Source: Candidatus Thorarchaeota archaeon (GTDB taxonomy: Archaea; Asgardarchaeota; Thorarchaeia; Thorarchaeales; Thorarchaeaceae). Taken from it: DNA of 64,000 nt. The stretch is from contig PRDH01000003.1 in assembly GCA_003345545.1 (NCBI GenBank), positions 1 through 64,000 of the forward strand, in the 5' to 3' direction. Both the position numbers and the translations under genes were made by a program. This document shows positions 10,021 to 18,985 of this stretch, piece after piece (positions within the stretch are counted from its first letter, which is position 1; each line of letters starts with the position of its first letter). Below the pieces are notes generated by a model that did no database searches, was not told the origin of the DNA, and saw only the letters and a program-made list of their open reading frames with translations.

Positions 10021-10916
10021 TGCTGACCGAAGACGCTACTCCTGAGGCTGAAAGGATCAAGACACCGTATCTTGCAACGTTCAAGCCTAGATTAATGGAC
10101 TGGAGCGCGGCCAAGGTCTTCGCTCTGAAGAATCTCAGGATTGCGATACGCTACCCGACTAATTTCCTGATATGGGGAATCCTCCCCTTGTTGTGGTACG
10201 CCCCGTACATTCTCATGATGATAGCAATTGCGGGGCCAGGTACGAGCCAGTCGTTCACAGAGCTGTCGGGCTTCGATGACTTCATCACATTCTCAATCAT
10301 CGCTGTCTTCGTCTATCAGTATGTTGACAAGAGCATCTGGTCCGTTGGGAATAATTTCCGCTGGGAGCAATTCTCGGGCACTCTTGAGCCGCTCTTCGTG
10401 ACTCCTGTGCCACGAATTAGTATCCTAGTGGGAGCTGCGTTCTCGGACACCCTGCAGTGCACGTTCTCAGCAACGGTCCTACTGGTGATCTCCTCGGTGC
10501 TCTTCGGAGTGAGCTACGCAATCACTATGGTAGCTCCCATAGTGGTGATGCTGACCATGATGGTCTTTGCCCTTTACGGATTCAGCTTCATGATAGCTGG
10601 TCTTATCCTCGTATTCAAGGATCCAAGTGTGTTGACGGAGCTAATATCGAACATTACGTATGTCCTTTCACCGATAACATACCCACTACAGGCATTGCCA
10701 AGCGCAGCCAGATTTGCTGCGGTGCTTGTCCCATCCACGATTGCGATCATAACCATCCGCGAACTCGCAATCACAGGTCTCTTTCAACCGCTCTCATTCC
10801 TTCAAGCCTTTGCATCGATGCTTGGCCTAGTCATAGGATTCTGGGTGCTGGGTGTGCTGGCGTTCAGATGGGGCGAGAAATGGACAAAGGAGAAAGGGAG
10901 CATGGGAGGTTTCTGA
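10020..10916 (+). CDS. ABC-2 exporter permease
   Basis: 6 TM; EQFSGTLEPLFVTP; YPLQALP; overlaps the ATPase stop codon (TGATG). Confidence 0.85.
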   Translation: MLTEDATPEAERIKTPYLATFKPRLMDWSAAKVFALKNLRIAIRYPTNFLIWGILPLLWYAPYILMMIAIAGPGTSQSFTELSGFDDFITFSIIAVFVYQYVDKSIWSVGNNFRWEQFSGTLEPLFVTPVPRISILVGAAFSDTLQCTFSATVLLVISSVLFGVSYAITMVAPIVVMLTMMVFALYGFSFMIAGLILVFKDPSVLTELISNITYVLSPITYPLQALPSAARFAAVLVPSTIAIITIRELAITGLFQPLSFLQAFASMLGLVIGFWVLGVLAFRWGEKWTKEKGSMGGF

Positions 10917-10917
10917 G

Positions 10918-11793
10918 ATGGAGCACGAAGAAACCGAGTCGTTTCGGAGAATGTGGGCTCGTGCAGGCTTCAGAGCTGAAGCCAAAGCTGCCTGGGCCAT
11001 CGCGATTAACATATGGAAGATAGAACTGAGCTACCCGCTAAGCGTTCTCTGGTTCATTGTTATGCCCTTTCTATGGTTCATCCCGATGCTTATCACGGGG
11101 TCCGCTGTTGCAGGAGGAACTGAGTCTGCAGTACTCAACGACCTAGTAGGTACAAGGGACTGGGTGACTTACATCGCCATAGGGACGTCCATCATTGGTT
11201 TGACAATCAGCATCATGTGGGGGACTGGCTTCTCCCTTAGAAGAGAGCAGAATTCCGGCACTCTGGAAACGCTCATGAGCACGCCTATAGGTAGAAGCAC
11301 GCTTGTCTGGGGCTCGATGCTCCACAATCTGTCGCATGGAGGTCTTGGAGTCATCCTACAGCTTGGTGCGGCAATCATATTCTTCGGGGTCACCATCAAT
11401 GCTTGGGGCATATTTCCAGCCCTGGGTATCATTGCCCTTGCAGTCATCGGTCTACAGGGTGTGGCCTTTGCAGTCACTTGCATCGTCCTACTGGCAAAAC
11501 AAGGTTGGATGATTGTTGAGTTCATCTCGAGCGGACTTCTCCTTGTTGCACCAATGTCGTATCCACTATCTGTGCTGCCGCCCATACTGCAGTATGTTGG
11601 CATGGCGTCGCCCCTGACATGGAGCGTTGAGGGATTCCGGGGTTTCTTGATGAACGGCCTGGCATATCAGGGCGTGGTTCAAGCTGTGCTCACGCTAGTC
11701 ATTCTGGATATGATCTTCTTTGCCTTTGGTGCTCTGATGTTCAGGTACACAGAGCGCTATGTCAGAGCGAAGGGAGCACTAGAGCAGTTCTGA
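10918..11793 (+). CDS. ABC-2 exporter permease (second paralog)
   Basis: EQNSGTLETLMSTP; YPLSVLP; ATG 10918 immediately after the previous stop. Confidence 0.85.
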   Translation: MEHEETESFRRMWARAGFRAEAKAAWAIAINIWKIELSYPLSVLWFIVMPFLWFIPMLITGSAVAGGTESAVLNDLVGTRDWVTYIAIGTSIIGLTISIMWGTGFSLRREQNSGTLETLMSTPIGRSTLVWGSMLHNLSHGGLGVILQLGAAIIFFGVTINAWGIFPALGIIALAVIGLQGVAFAVTCIVLLAKQGWMIVEFISSGLLLVAPMSYPLSVLPPILQYVGMASPLTWSVEGFRGFLMNGLAYQGVVQAVLTLVILDMIFFAFGALMFRYTERYVRAKGALEQF

Positions 11794-11926
11794 GAAGAAG
11801 AAGATTGCGATCAGACAACCCGTATGACCACAGATCATCCAGGCAGTTTCTTCTGCACCAAGGTGATGACTTAATGGTTGAACAGACTCATAGTGTTATT
11901 AGGTAGGAATTTCGCGATAGGCACAC

Positions 11927-12841
11927 ATGCAGACCACTTCAGACGCCTACCTCATTGGCATCATACTAGCAGTGGTAGCTACAATCTTCTTCTCCGTCAC
12001 GAATGTCATCTACAAGAGAATGAGCGATGACATCAGTGTCATGGACATTATGGTCTCTCGAATGTGGGTGAGCCTGCCTGTTTCCTACTCCTTTGCTGTG
12101 ATTGCGGCTGGATCGTACCGAATCGTGATTCCATTGGAGGCGATGTTTCCTCTTGCCTTCTCAATGATTATTGGTATTGTGATTGGGGATGCAATGTATT
12201 TCCTCAGTCAAGAACGCATTGGCGTTACACGAGCTTTTCCAATATCAATGAGCTATCCCCTTATGGTGTATGCCTTGACAGCGTATTTCTTGGGAGAACC
12301 AGTGATTCCGCAGAGAGTCGTTGGAGCCTTTATTGTAGTTGCGGGAGTGGGTCTAGTCGCCAGAACAGCAAAGAAGGAAAACTCAGAGGAATCGCCACGA
12401 TGGGACAGACAGGATATGAGGATTGGTCTCGTCTTAGCATTTCTCACCCTTGTAGCATGGGCGCTAAGCGACTCAATCTTCCAATTTGGTCTCATTGGCG
12501 TGGGAGCTGCTGAAGCGAACTTCTTCAGGACCCTCTTTGCGTCTGTAGCGCTTGTTCCTTTCTTTATTCTCTCTTTGAGGAATAATAGAGCTCTTCCCCG
12601 CAAAAGGACTATTGCCTATGCCACTCTAACGGGACTCGTTGGGATGAGTTTCGCAATTCTTGCGGGGAGTTATGCCGTTAAGTTCTTGGGCGCAACTGTA
12701 GCGTCAATCATAATCGCATCCGGACCTGCCCTAACATTGCCGCTCTCGGTGGTCTTCCTGGGCGAGGCAGCAAATAGAAGCGTCTTGGTCGGAACACTGT
12801 TGACAATCATCGGCATCATTCTTGTTACAGTGGTAATCTGA
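11927..12841 (+). CDS. DMT/EamA-family transporter, paralog of 7859-8764
   Basis: About 10 TM; GDAMYFLSQERIGVTRAFPI matches GDTVYLWSQQRIGVSYAFPI of the other EamA. Confidence 0.85.
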   Translation: MQTTSDAYLIGIILAVVATIFFSVTNVIYKRMSDDISVMDIMVSRMWVSLPVSYSFAVIAAGSYRIVIPLEAMFPLAFSMIIGIVIGDAMYFLSQERIGVTRAFPISMSYPLMVYALTAYFLGEPVIPQRVVGAFIVVAGVGLVARTAKKENSEESPRWDRQDMRIGLVLAFLTLVAWALSDSIFQFGLIGVGAAEANFFRTLFASVALVPFFILSLRNNRALPRKRTIAYATLTGLVGMSFAILAGSYAVKFLGATVASIIIASGPALTLPLSVVFLGEAANRSVLVGTLLTIIGIILVTVVI

Positions 12842-12851
12842 AACACCTAAT

Positions 12852-12875
12852 ATAACGAAAAGGATAACGAAAAGG
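12852..12875. repeat. Perfect 12-bp tandem duplication ATAACGAAAAGG x2
   Basis: Read directly from the sequence, in the intergenic region. Confidence 0.8.
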
Positions 12876-12947
12876 CCACGCTATCTCCGATACGAATTCC
12901 GCCCGCAGGAAGTTCGAGCCAGCATTGAGAATGAGCACAAAACAAGG

Positions 12948-14054
12948 ATGGCCGATTTGGAAGCTAGAAGCTTTTTTGGCGTAGATGTCAATACTCTAGA
13001 ACAGAGTCGAGTGACATGTAATAGGAGTGTAGTCCTCATTCTTCAATACTCCGTTTCTCCTCTGGCAAACATTTCCTTTCTCCTCTTTATAGCTTTCATT
13101 GTTCTCACAGTGATTTGCTTCGCTCGGTTCGGTGGCCGAATTCCAGAAGAGGCAGTTCATATGAGAGTACCACTGGCGCCTGATAGGAAACCATTACTGG
13201 GTGCCGCTCATTCACGAGAAGCCTCTGGTTCATATTCGAGAGATGAGCAAGGGCCTGTGAAGGCAGTACGGGGAGGAGAATTCATAGGCAACCGGATGCG
13301 ATTCAAGGTCAAGGTGCTGAATGAGTCAGACTATACAATTACGGATGTGAGAGTGTTTCTCATCTCATACCCTGCTGAGTCTCTTAAGCTAGTCACTGAC
13401 CATGATGACGCCTCTCACTCAAAGATTGAACCGAGCGGTTTTCGAAGTCCTACGTTCGATTTTCTGCCGACCCATGACTGTGCTCAGGGAGAGATCAGGG
13501 CAGGAGTGTCATACATTGACAGGAAGGGTCAACCTCACACGTTGTCTGCCAAACCCTTTGCCATTCGGTCGGTCTGCGACCTACCCATACAGAATCAGAT
13601 AGACCCAAAGGAGTTCGCACTCAGGCTCAGGAAACTGGAGTGTGGCGAGATCGTCGTAAAGGTCACTGATTGGACACCCGAGGAGATGTATGAGAAAGCT
13701 CTGCGTATCGTTGAAGATGCAAACTTCTACGAAGTGGAAAGTAGTACTAAAACAGCAGATGGTGTCATTCATGCAAGAATCAGCGGACTTGCGAAGGGAA
13801 AGTACACAGGCAAGAGCGATGCAGTGGAGCTGTATGTCACAGGGCCTTTTGGTAAAGAGGGAGCAAGCTGCAAGATATAAGTGTCAGGCGAAGACCAGGC
13901 GATGATCTTGCCTGCAATAGATGACCTGCGAGAGCGCCTGAACGCCTGGCTATGCCCGATGTGTTCAAGCCCATTGACGCTGGAGAACGTTGAAGACCTC
14001 AAGGCGGGCAAGGCCGTGGTCTGTCCATTCTGCAGTGTTTCGATAGGACGTTAG
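12948..14054 (+). pseudogene. Disrupted gene: TM segment, beta-sandwich/platform (adaptin-appendage-like) region and C-terminal zinc ribbon; in-frame TAA at 13878-13880
   Basis: The frame continues past TAA as VSGEDQAMILPAIDDLRERLNAWLCPMCSSPL...VVCPFCSVSIGR* to TAG 14052-14054. Start position uncertain. Confidence 0.7.
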
Positions 14055-14205
14055 TCAGACTGCTGGCCTCATTTGCAGAGCGTCGTGCGTTATGACTTCC
14101 AGTACTCGTCGCTATGATACTCGCGACTGCGAGCAGTAGATCTCGCGATTCTCTCTGCACCTGACCCTCAGATGAAACGTCCAAGGATGACTATTACATC
14201 AAGGA

Positions 14206-14898
14206 CTATGCGAAGCCTCGACTCAGACCCGCGCCACCGGCGCCGAACTTGATCTGAGTGTATCTTGCATCCTTACCGGGTTCCTCTCCGGTCAACTCAC
14301 GCTTCAGCTTCTCATAGCAACTTTCGCAAGTTGATTCAAGTTGGAACTTAGATCTATTGAGTTTAAGTGAGTCCTTGCCGAGACCTTCGATGAAGTCCTG
14401 TGGTACAAGCAAGTCCATGTCAGGTGCTGCGTGTATTTTCTTCAGAAATGTATCGAAAATGCCACCACCCACCACCAACCAGAGATGGCTGGCAGTGTCA
14501 AACCAGAGATCAATGGCGTGACCCAACTTGAAGCCGTCTGTATCAACGACCTTACGCTTCGCTAGTTTCGAGAATTTTATGTCGGTCTTTGCCAAGACTT
14601 CTTTATCAATCGTTTTGCATAATGAGTCGCTATCGATCTTAAGGTACACCTTATCTGAGATGCTATCGATATCGGACACACTACAGACAGGGTCGATATC
14701 AGGACGTGCTCCAATCGCCTCAAGGAGCTCCTCAATCCTTCCGCCTCCTAGAATAATGTACTTCAAATCAAGCCTGCTGCCAGTGACACTGAAGATTCCA
14801 TCGGAAACTACGCCAATCTTCTCACCTTTTGAATCTATGACGTCCTTGTTCCTAATCTCGCTGTACTTCAAATTGCAACACTGAATCATAGTAACCAC
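14206..14898 (-). CDS. Tandem PRC-barrel domain protein
   Basis: Two copies of the PRC signature: SEIRNKDVIDSKGEKIGVVSD and SKLAKRKVVDTDGFKLGHAID, each followed by V/L-GGG. Confidence 0.8.
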   Translation of the reverse strand: MVTMIQCCNLKYSEIRNKDVIDSKGEKIGVVSDGIFSVTGSRLDLKYIILGGGRIEELLEAIGARPDIDPVCSVSDIDSISDKVYLKIDSDSLCKTIDKEVLAKTDIKFSKLAKRKVVDTDGFKLGHAIDLWFDTASHLWLVVGGGIFDTFLKKIHAAPDMDLLVPQDFIEGLGKDSLKLNRSKFQLESTCESCYEKLKRELTGEEPGKDARYTQIKFGAGGAGLSRGFA

Positions 14899-14921
14899 AC
14901 ACTATAATTCACAATTGTTAA

Positions 14922-14957
14922 TATATAAGCTTTCGCCTTTTCTCAAGGAAGGCGAAA
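14922..14957 (-). promoter_or_regulatory. BRE-TATA promoter of the PRC-barrel gene, overlapping a 9-bp inverted repeat
   Basis: Minus strand reads GCGAAAG-CTTATATA about 24 nt before the start codon; palindrome TTTCGCCTT (14931-14939) / AAGGCGAAA (14949-14957). Confidence 0.55.
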
Positions 14958-15027
14958 CTTCTAGAAATGTCACGTCAGAAGGAATGTAGTAAGATCCAAT
15001 CTAGGGCTCATGAGAACATTCAAGAAA

Positions 15028-15330
15028 TCAGTAGACTTCTCGGGGACTCTCTCGCAATCTGTCCGGTAATTGACCGCCTTCACCAACGACTTCAAGGTCG
15101 TGGTCTCGGCCGACTCGGCCACCATCATTGCATAGGAACCCCGATTTGGTAATTCCTCGTGCCAGACGCTCAGCGGCACGGCGAGAAATCATGCTCTTCC
15201 CAGCAGGAACAGTCATTACGAGCTTCTTCTGATTCCCGTCAATTGACAGAAGAATGGCATTATCTGCAGAGTTGCGTGTGGTCTCAAAGAACTGAGAGGT
15301 TGACTCATTAAACTCAAGGTACACTGGCAT
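15028..15330 (-). CDS. Small protein, possibly single-domain gelsolin-like
   Basis: Pattern ILLSID...LVMTV.AGKS...RRAAERLARGI...LEVVGEG..PDRL resembles a gelsolin repeat (strand, strand, long helix, EG.EP). Confidence 0.45.
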   Translation of the reverse strand: MPVYLEFNESTSQFFETTRNSADNAILLSIDGNQKKLVMTVPAGKSMISRRAAERLARGITKSGFLCNDGGRVGRDHDLEVVGEGGQLPDRLRESPREVY

Positions 15331-15422
15331 AAGGATTCTAATCCTCCAATGGCTATGATAGTTCTATTTCTCAGCTGAGTGCATATTAATGAATCTCGCG
15401 CGAGTTCTAAACCATTCCTTGC

Positions 15423-16106
15423 CTAGAGCAAGTGAGCTGTGCCACAATGTGGGCAGACAACAGCGTCATCAAGACTGCCCGGTAGTGGCAGGGGTGCACC
15501 GCAGTTCTGACACTTCAGTTCCTTCATCTGAGAGCGCTCCGCAGGTGTGGGTTTCAGTCTAAAGACCCTCTCTGCAACATCTTGAATGGTCTTTCCAACC
15601 CTCTGAGCTGCACGGGCAATTTCACTGCGCTCAGGATCCGTTACAGAGCCTAGGCCAACCGCTTGGAAAACACCACCAATAGCTCTTCCGATTTTGCCGA
15701 TAGCTGAGCCCGCTTTCCAGGCAATGACATCGGGTGTGTGCAATTCATAGACCTCAGAATCAGGGTGACTTGGAAGTTCATATCCGCTCTCCCAATCAAC
15801 TCGTTCAGAAGTTTCGGGTGCAAGAGCAGTACCACAACTTGGACAAGTGAGTCTCCAGTCAGGTTTCTTGAACCAGCCTCTTTTTATCTTCTTCTCGCCA
15901 ATATCGTACCAGCATCTTTTGTGAGCAATCTTCCCGCAACTCGGGCACGCAAAGAGGTGGTACATATCAGGACTCGCTTTGGCCTTGGTTCCAGTGTGAA
16001 CCTTTAGATAGGCCAAGTCATTGTCTGTCCAGTTTAGCAGATAGCGACCACAGATGAAGCATACCTTTCCATCGAGTTTGTTCATTTTTTCAGGAGTGAT
16101 TCGCAT
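15423..16106 (-). CDS. C4HC3 (PHD/RING-variant-like) zinc finger protein with C-terminal zinc ribbon
   Basis: C-x2-C-x34-C-x2-C-x4-H-x2-C-x22-C-x2-C, plus CQNCG...CPHCG. Start probably ATG 16106. Confidence 0.65.
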   Translation of the reverse strand: MRITPEKMNKLDGKVCFICGRYLLNWTDNDLAYLKVHTGTKAKASPDMYHLFACPSCGKIAHKRCWYDIGEKKIKRGWFKKPDWRLTCPSCGTALAPETSERVDWESGYELPSHPDSEVYELHTPDVIAWKAGSAIGKIGRAIGGVFQAVGLGSVTDPERSEIARAAQRVGKTIQDVAERVFRLKPTPAERSQMKELKCQNCGAPLPLPGSLDDAVVCPHCGTAHLL

Positions 16107-16253
16107 AGTAGATTGCCTCACTCTACCGAAGGTAAACGAGGGTATATGAACCTTACAACTAGTGGCAAATCCAGATTCGAAACTGACGAATTGTGAAATC
16201 ATGGACGCCGAAACTCTATTAGCAGGCTTTGTCACGTCGTTGAAATCAGCTTC

Positions 16254-18983
16254 TTGCTCTCAGAGGAGGAATCAAAGATTAGCAACATTGCGCTCGTTGT
16301 TGATTTGGACGATATCGATGCAAAAAATGCGTATGCGACGGGAGGAAAAGCCTCGAATCTATCTTTGCTGTCGAAATCAGGTTTCAGAGTACCCAAGGGA
16401 TTTGTAGTGACTACTGAAGCATATTCCAAGTTCATCGAATTGAATAACCTGAGCAGTCTGGCCAGTCAGTACCTCAAGGACGTCGCTCAGAGAGAGTCGG
16501 AGAGTTTTGGTCAAATCGCCGCAGACATGAGAAAACGGGTCGAAGAAGCAACTCTACCAGATGATCTTGTTGCTGCAGTGAAATCGGCATATGTGCAGAT
16601 GGGTTCAGGACCTGTGGCCATCAGATCTTCTGCAACTGCGGAGGATTTGCCTGACGCTTCATTTGCCGGCCAATATGATACTTCGCTCTACATAGAGGGC
16701 ATCGATGATGTTCTGAATCATATCAAGCATTGCTTTAGTTCGATGTGGACTGAACGAGCAGTTGCCTACCGTGAAGAGACCCATATTCCTCACGAACAGG
16801 TTCGATTGGCTGTAGTGATTCAATCAATGGTGAATGCAAGATGCGCCGGTGTGTTGTTCACAAATAATCCTCTGTCCGATTCCAATAACGAAATGATAAT
16901 TGAGTCCAACTTCGGTCTTGGCGAGTCTGTGGTATCTGGATATGCAGTCCCCGATAGATATGTGGTGTCGAAAGGTACTTCCAGACCGAGGGTGTATTCC
17001 CTAATCAGTCGGGAAATAGGCTCTAAGGACATCATCGTTGAGAGAGCATCGATTGGAGAGGGTGTTAGGCGGTCAAGCATAGGGTTTGAGATGAGCCAAC
17101 AATCATCGCTAGATGATCGGGAGGTCATCAGATTAGCTGAAATGGGAGATTCGATTGAGGAGTTCTTTGAATCGCCTCAAGATGTAGAGTGGGCAATTGA
17201 CCAGCAGGGAGAAATCAATCTCCTGCAATCCCGTCCAATAACAGCTAAGGCAAGAATAATGGGCAAAGAGAAGGACGAGATCTTCTGGACTCGAGGATAC
17301 GCCGACGATTACTGGAACGATCCCGTAACGCCTCTATTCTACAGCCTGCTTGGGGACCAGATAACATACATTGTGAACATCGAAGCCAATGCAGTAATGG
17401 GCTACAAGAATATGCCCGATACGCTTCTCAAGCTCTACAAGGGACATGCCTACTTCAATCTTGACGTGCTTCGCACTAAGGTCGTGAACGAGATGCCGCC
17501 ATTCATCAGATCAGACGATGTGATGAATTACTTTCCGGAGGGAGCTGGACCGTACGGCAAGGATACCATGAGGAAACTCCCCTTTGCCCTCCCAACGAGA
17601 ATCATGGCCGAGATTCGAGTGATGCTACTTGATGGCGATGGTAGCATGACAAAGACAAACTCGGTCTACGAGAAATGGACAAAAGAAACCTTCGATCCAG
17701 CATGCAAAGTCTTTGACTCAAAGCTGGCAAGCCTAAAGGAAAAAGGCACCCTAGAGGACTATATGGAGATTGCAGATGAGCTTGACAAGACGATGATGCG
17801 TCACTTCAGAATGGTGAGGTACGGCCTTCCTGTTCATACCCTTGGCATGAATCTGATTACTAATTATCTGCTGAAACGATGGCTGGGCGAGAAGGCTGCA
17901 ACCACGCTGTATCCTATCCTTCTCTCCGGTCTCAAACACAAGACCCGCGAAACCAATAGGAGAATCGATGAACTCGCCGCAATCATTCGAGATAGTCCTG
18001 AACTCACGAGTATCCTACAGGACATTCCTTCTCATGAGCTTTTGAGTCATTTCCGAAGACATCCTGAGGCTAGTTCTCTGTTTGTAACGAAGTTCGACGA
18101 GTTCATGGTTGACTTGGGTGACCGTGGATTCACGAGAGAGCCATACTTCCCGAGATGGAGAGAGCATCCAGCATATGTTTTTGATATATTGAAATCCCTT
18201 GTGTCTGAGGGTCCAAGAGATCTGAAGGCGGGAGAAGAAGGACTGGCACGTAAGCGTGCGAAAGCCGAGAAACTCGTGGTAGAGGTGATCGGTGCTCAGA
18301 GATATGGCCCTATCAAGAAGATGCTCTTCTCAACGATTCTAGGAATGGCAAGAACCTATGTTTGCTTCAGGGAGAATCAGAGGTTCAATCTTGACCGCTG
18401 GATTACTCGTGAGCGAAATGCATACCTTGAGATTGGCAAACAACTGGTCAAGGAAGGTTACTTTGAGGAGCCAAAACATGTGTTCTTCCTCTTTCGAAAC
18501 GAGTTGAGAGGAGTTATCAGAGGCAAATCCAAACTTGATAGAGAGAATGTCAAAAGCCTTGTTGCGGAACGCTACGAGGAATTCTTGAAGTGCGAGAACA
18601 TTACGCCCCCGAAGTTTCTGCATGGCGATAGAGAGTTCGATGACCCTATACCGACCTCTGCCGAGGGTTTCAGGGGCATGCCCGCAAGTCACGGATTGGT
18701 GACGGGGTATGTACGTGTGTTGGCGAGTGTTGAAGAAGTTCCACAGGTGCGAGCTGGAGAGATACTGATCGTGCCGCGAACAGACCCTGGGTGGACTCCA
18801 GTCTTTTCCAAAATAGGGGGCCTTATCACAGAAACTGGAGGAATTCTCTCTCATGGTGCAGTGGTCTCACGCGAGTTTGGCATTCCCGCTGTCACTAATG
18901 TGCGGAATGCCTGCCAGGTATTCAAAACAGGGCAAAGAGTGACAGTAGATGGAAACAAGGGGATTGTGCTTAGGCTTGATTAG
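16254..18983 (+). CDS. PEP-utilising-family ATP-dependent kinase/dikinase (PigC / rifampicin-phosphotransferase architecture)
   Basis: N-terminal ATP-grasp (GGKA, AIRSSATAED, SFAGQ, QDVEWA, LLQSRPIT), large central helical domain, C-terminal phospho-His swivel GGILSHGAVVSRE. No PEP-binding TIM barrel. Confidence 0.85.
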   Translation: MLSEEESKISNIALVVDLDDIDAKNAYATGGKASNLSLLSKSGFRVPKGFVVTTEAYSKFIELNNLSSLASQYLKDVAQRESESFGQIAADMRKRVEEATLPDDLVAAVKSAYVQMGSGPVAIRSSATAEDLPDASFAGQYDTSLYIEGIDDVLNHIKHCFSSMWTERAVAYREETHIPHEQVRLAVVIQSMVNARCAGVLFTNNPLSDSNNEMIIESNFGLGESVVSGYAVPDRYVVSKGTSRPRVYSLISREIGSKDIIVERASIGEGVRRSSIGFEMSQQSSLDDREVIRLAEMGDSIEEFFESPQDVEWAIDQQGEINLLQSRPITAKARIMGKEKDEIFWTRGYADDYWNDPVTPLFYSLLGDQITYIVNIEANAVMGYKNMPDTLLKLYKGHAYFNLDVLRTKVVNEMPPFIRSDDVMNYFPEGAGPYGKDTMRKLPFALPTRIMAEIRVMLLDGDGSMTKTNSVYEKWTKETFDPACKVFDSKLASLKEKGTLEDYMEIADELDKTMMRHFRMVRYGLPVHTLGMNLITNYLLKRWLGEKAATTLYPILLSGLKHKTRETNRRIDELAAIIRDSPELTSILQDIPSHELLSHFRRHPEASSLFVTKFDEFMVDLGDRGFTREPYFPRWREHPAYVFDILKSLVSEGPRDLKAGEEGLARKRAKAEKLVVEVIGAQRYGPIKKMLFSTILGMARTYVCFRENQRFNLDRWITRERNAYLEIGKQLVKEGYFEEPKHVFFLFRNELRGVIRGKSKLDRENVKSLVAERYEEFLKCENITPPKFLHGDREFDDPIPTSAEGFRGMPASHGLVTGYVRVLASVEEVPQVRAGEILIVPRTDPGWTPVFSKIGGLITETGGILSHGAVVSREFGIPAVTNVRNACQVFKTGQRVTVDGNKGIVLRLD

Positions 18984-18985
18984 GA

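Noticed and set aside
16254-18983. Label as PEP synthase (ppsA) or rifampicin resistance gene (rph)
   Set aside because: It lacks the C-terminal PEP-binding barrel of PpsA, and the shared architecture does not establish rifampicin as substrate.
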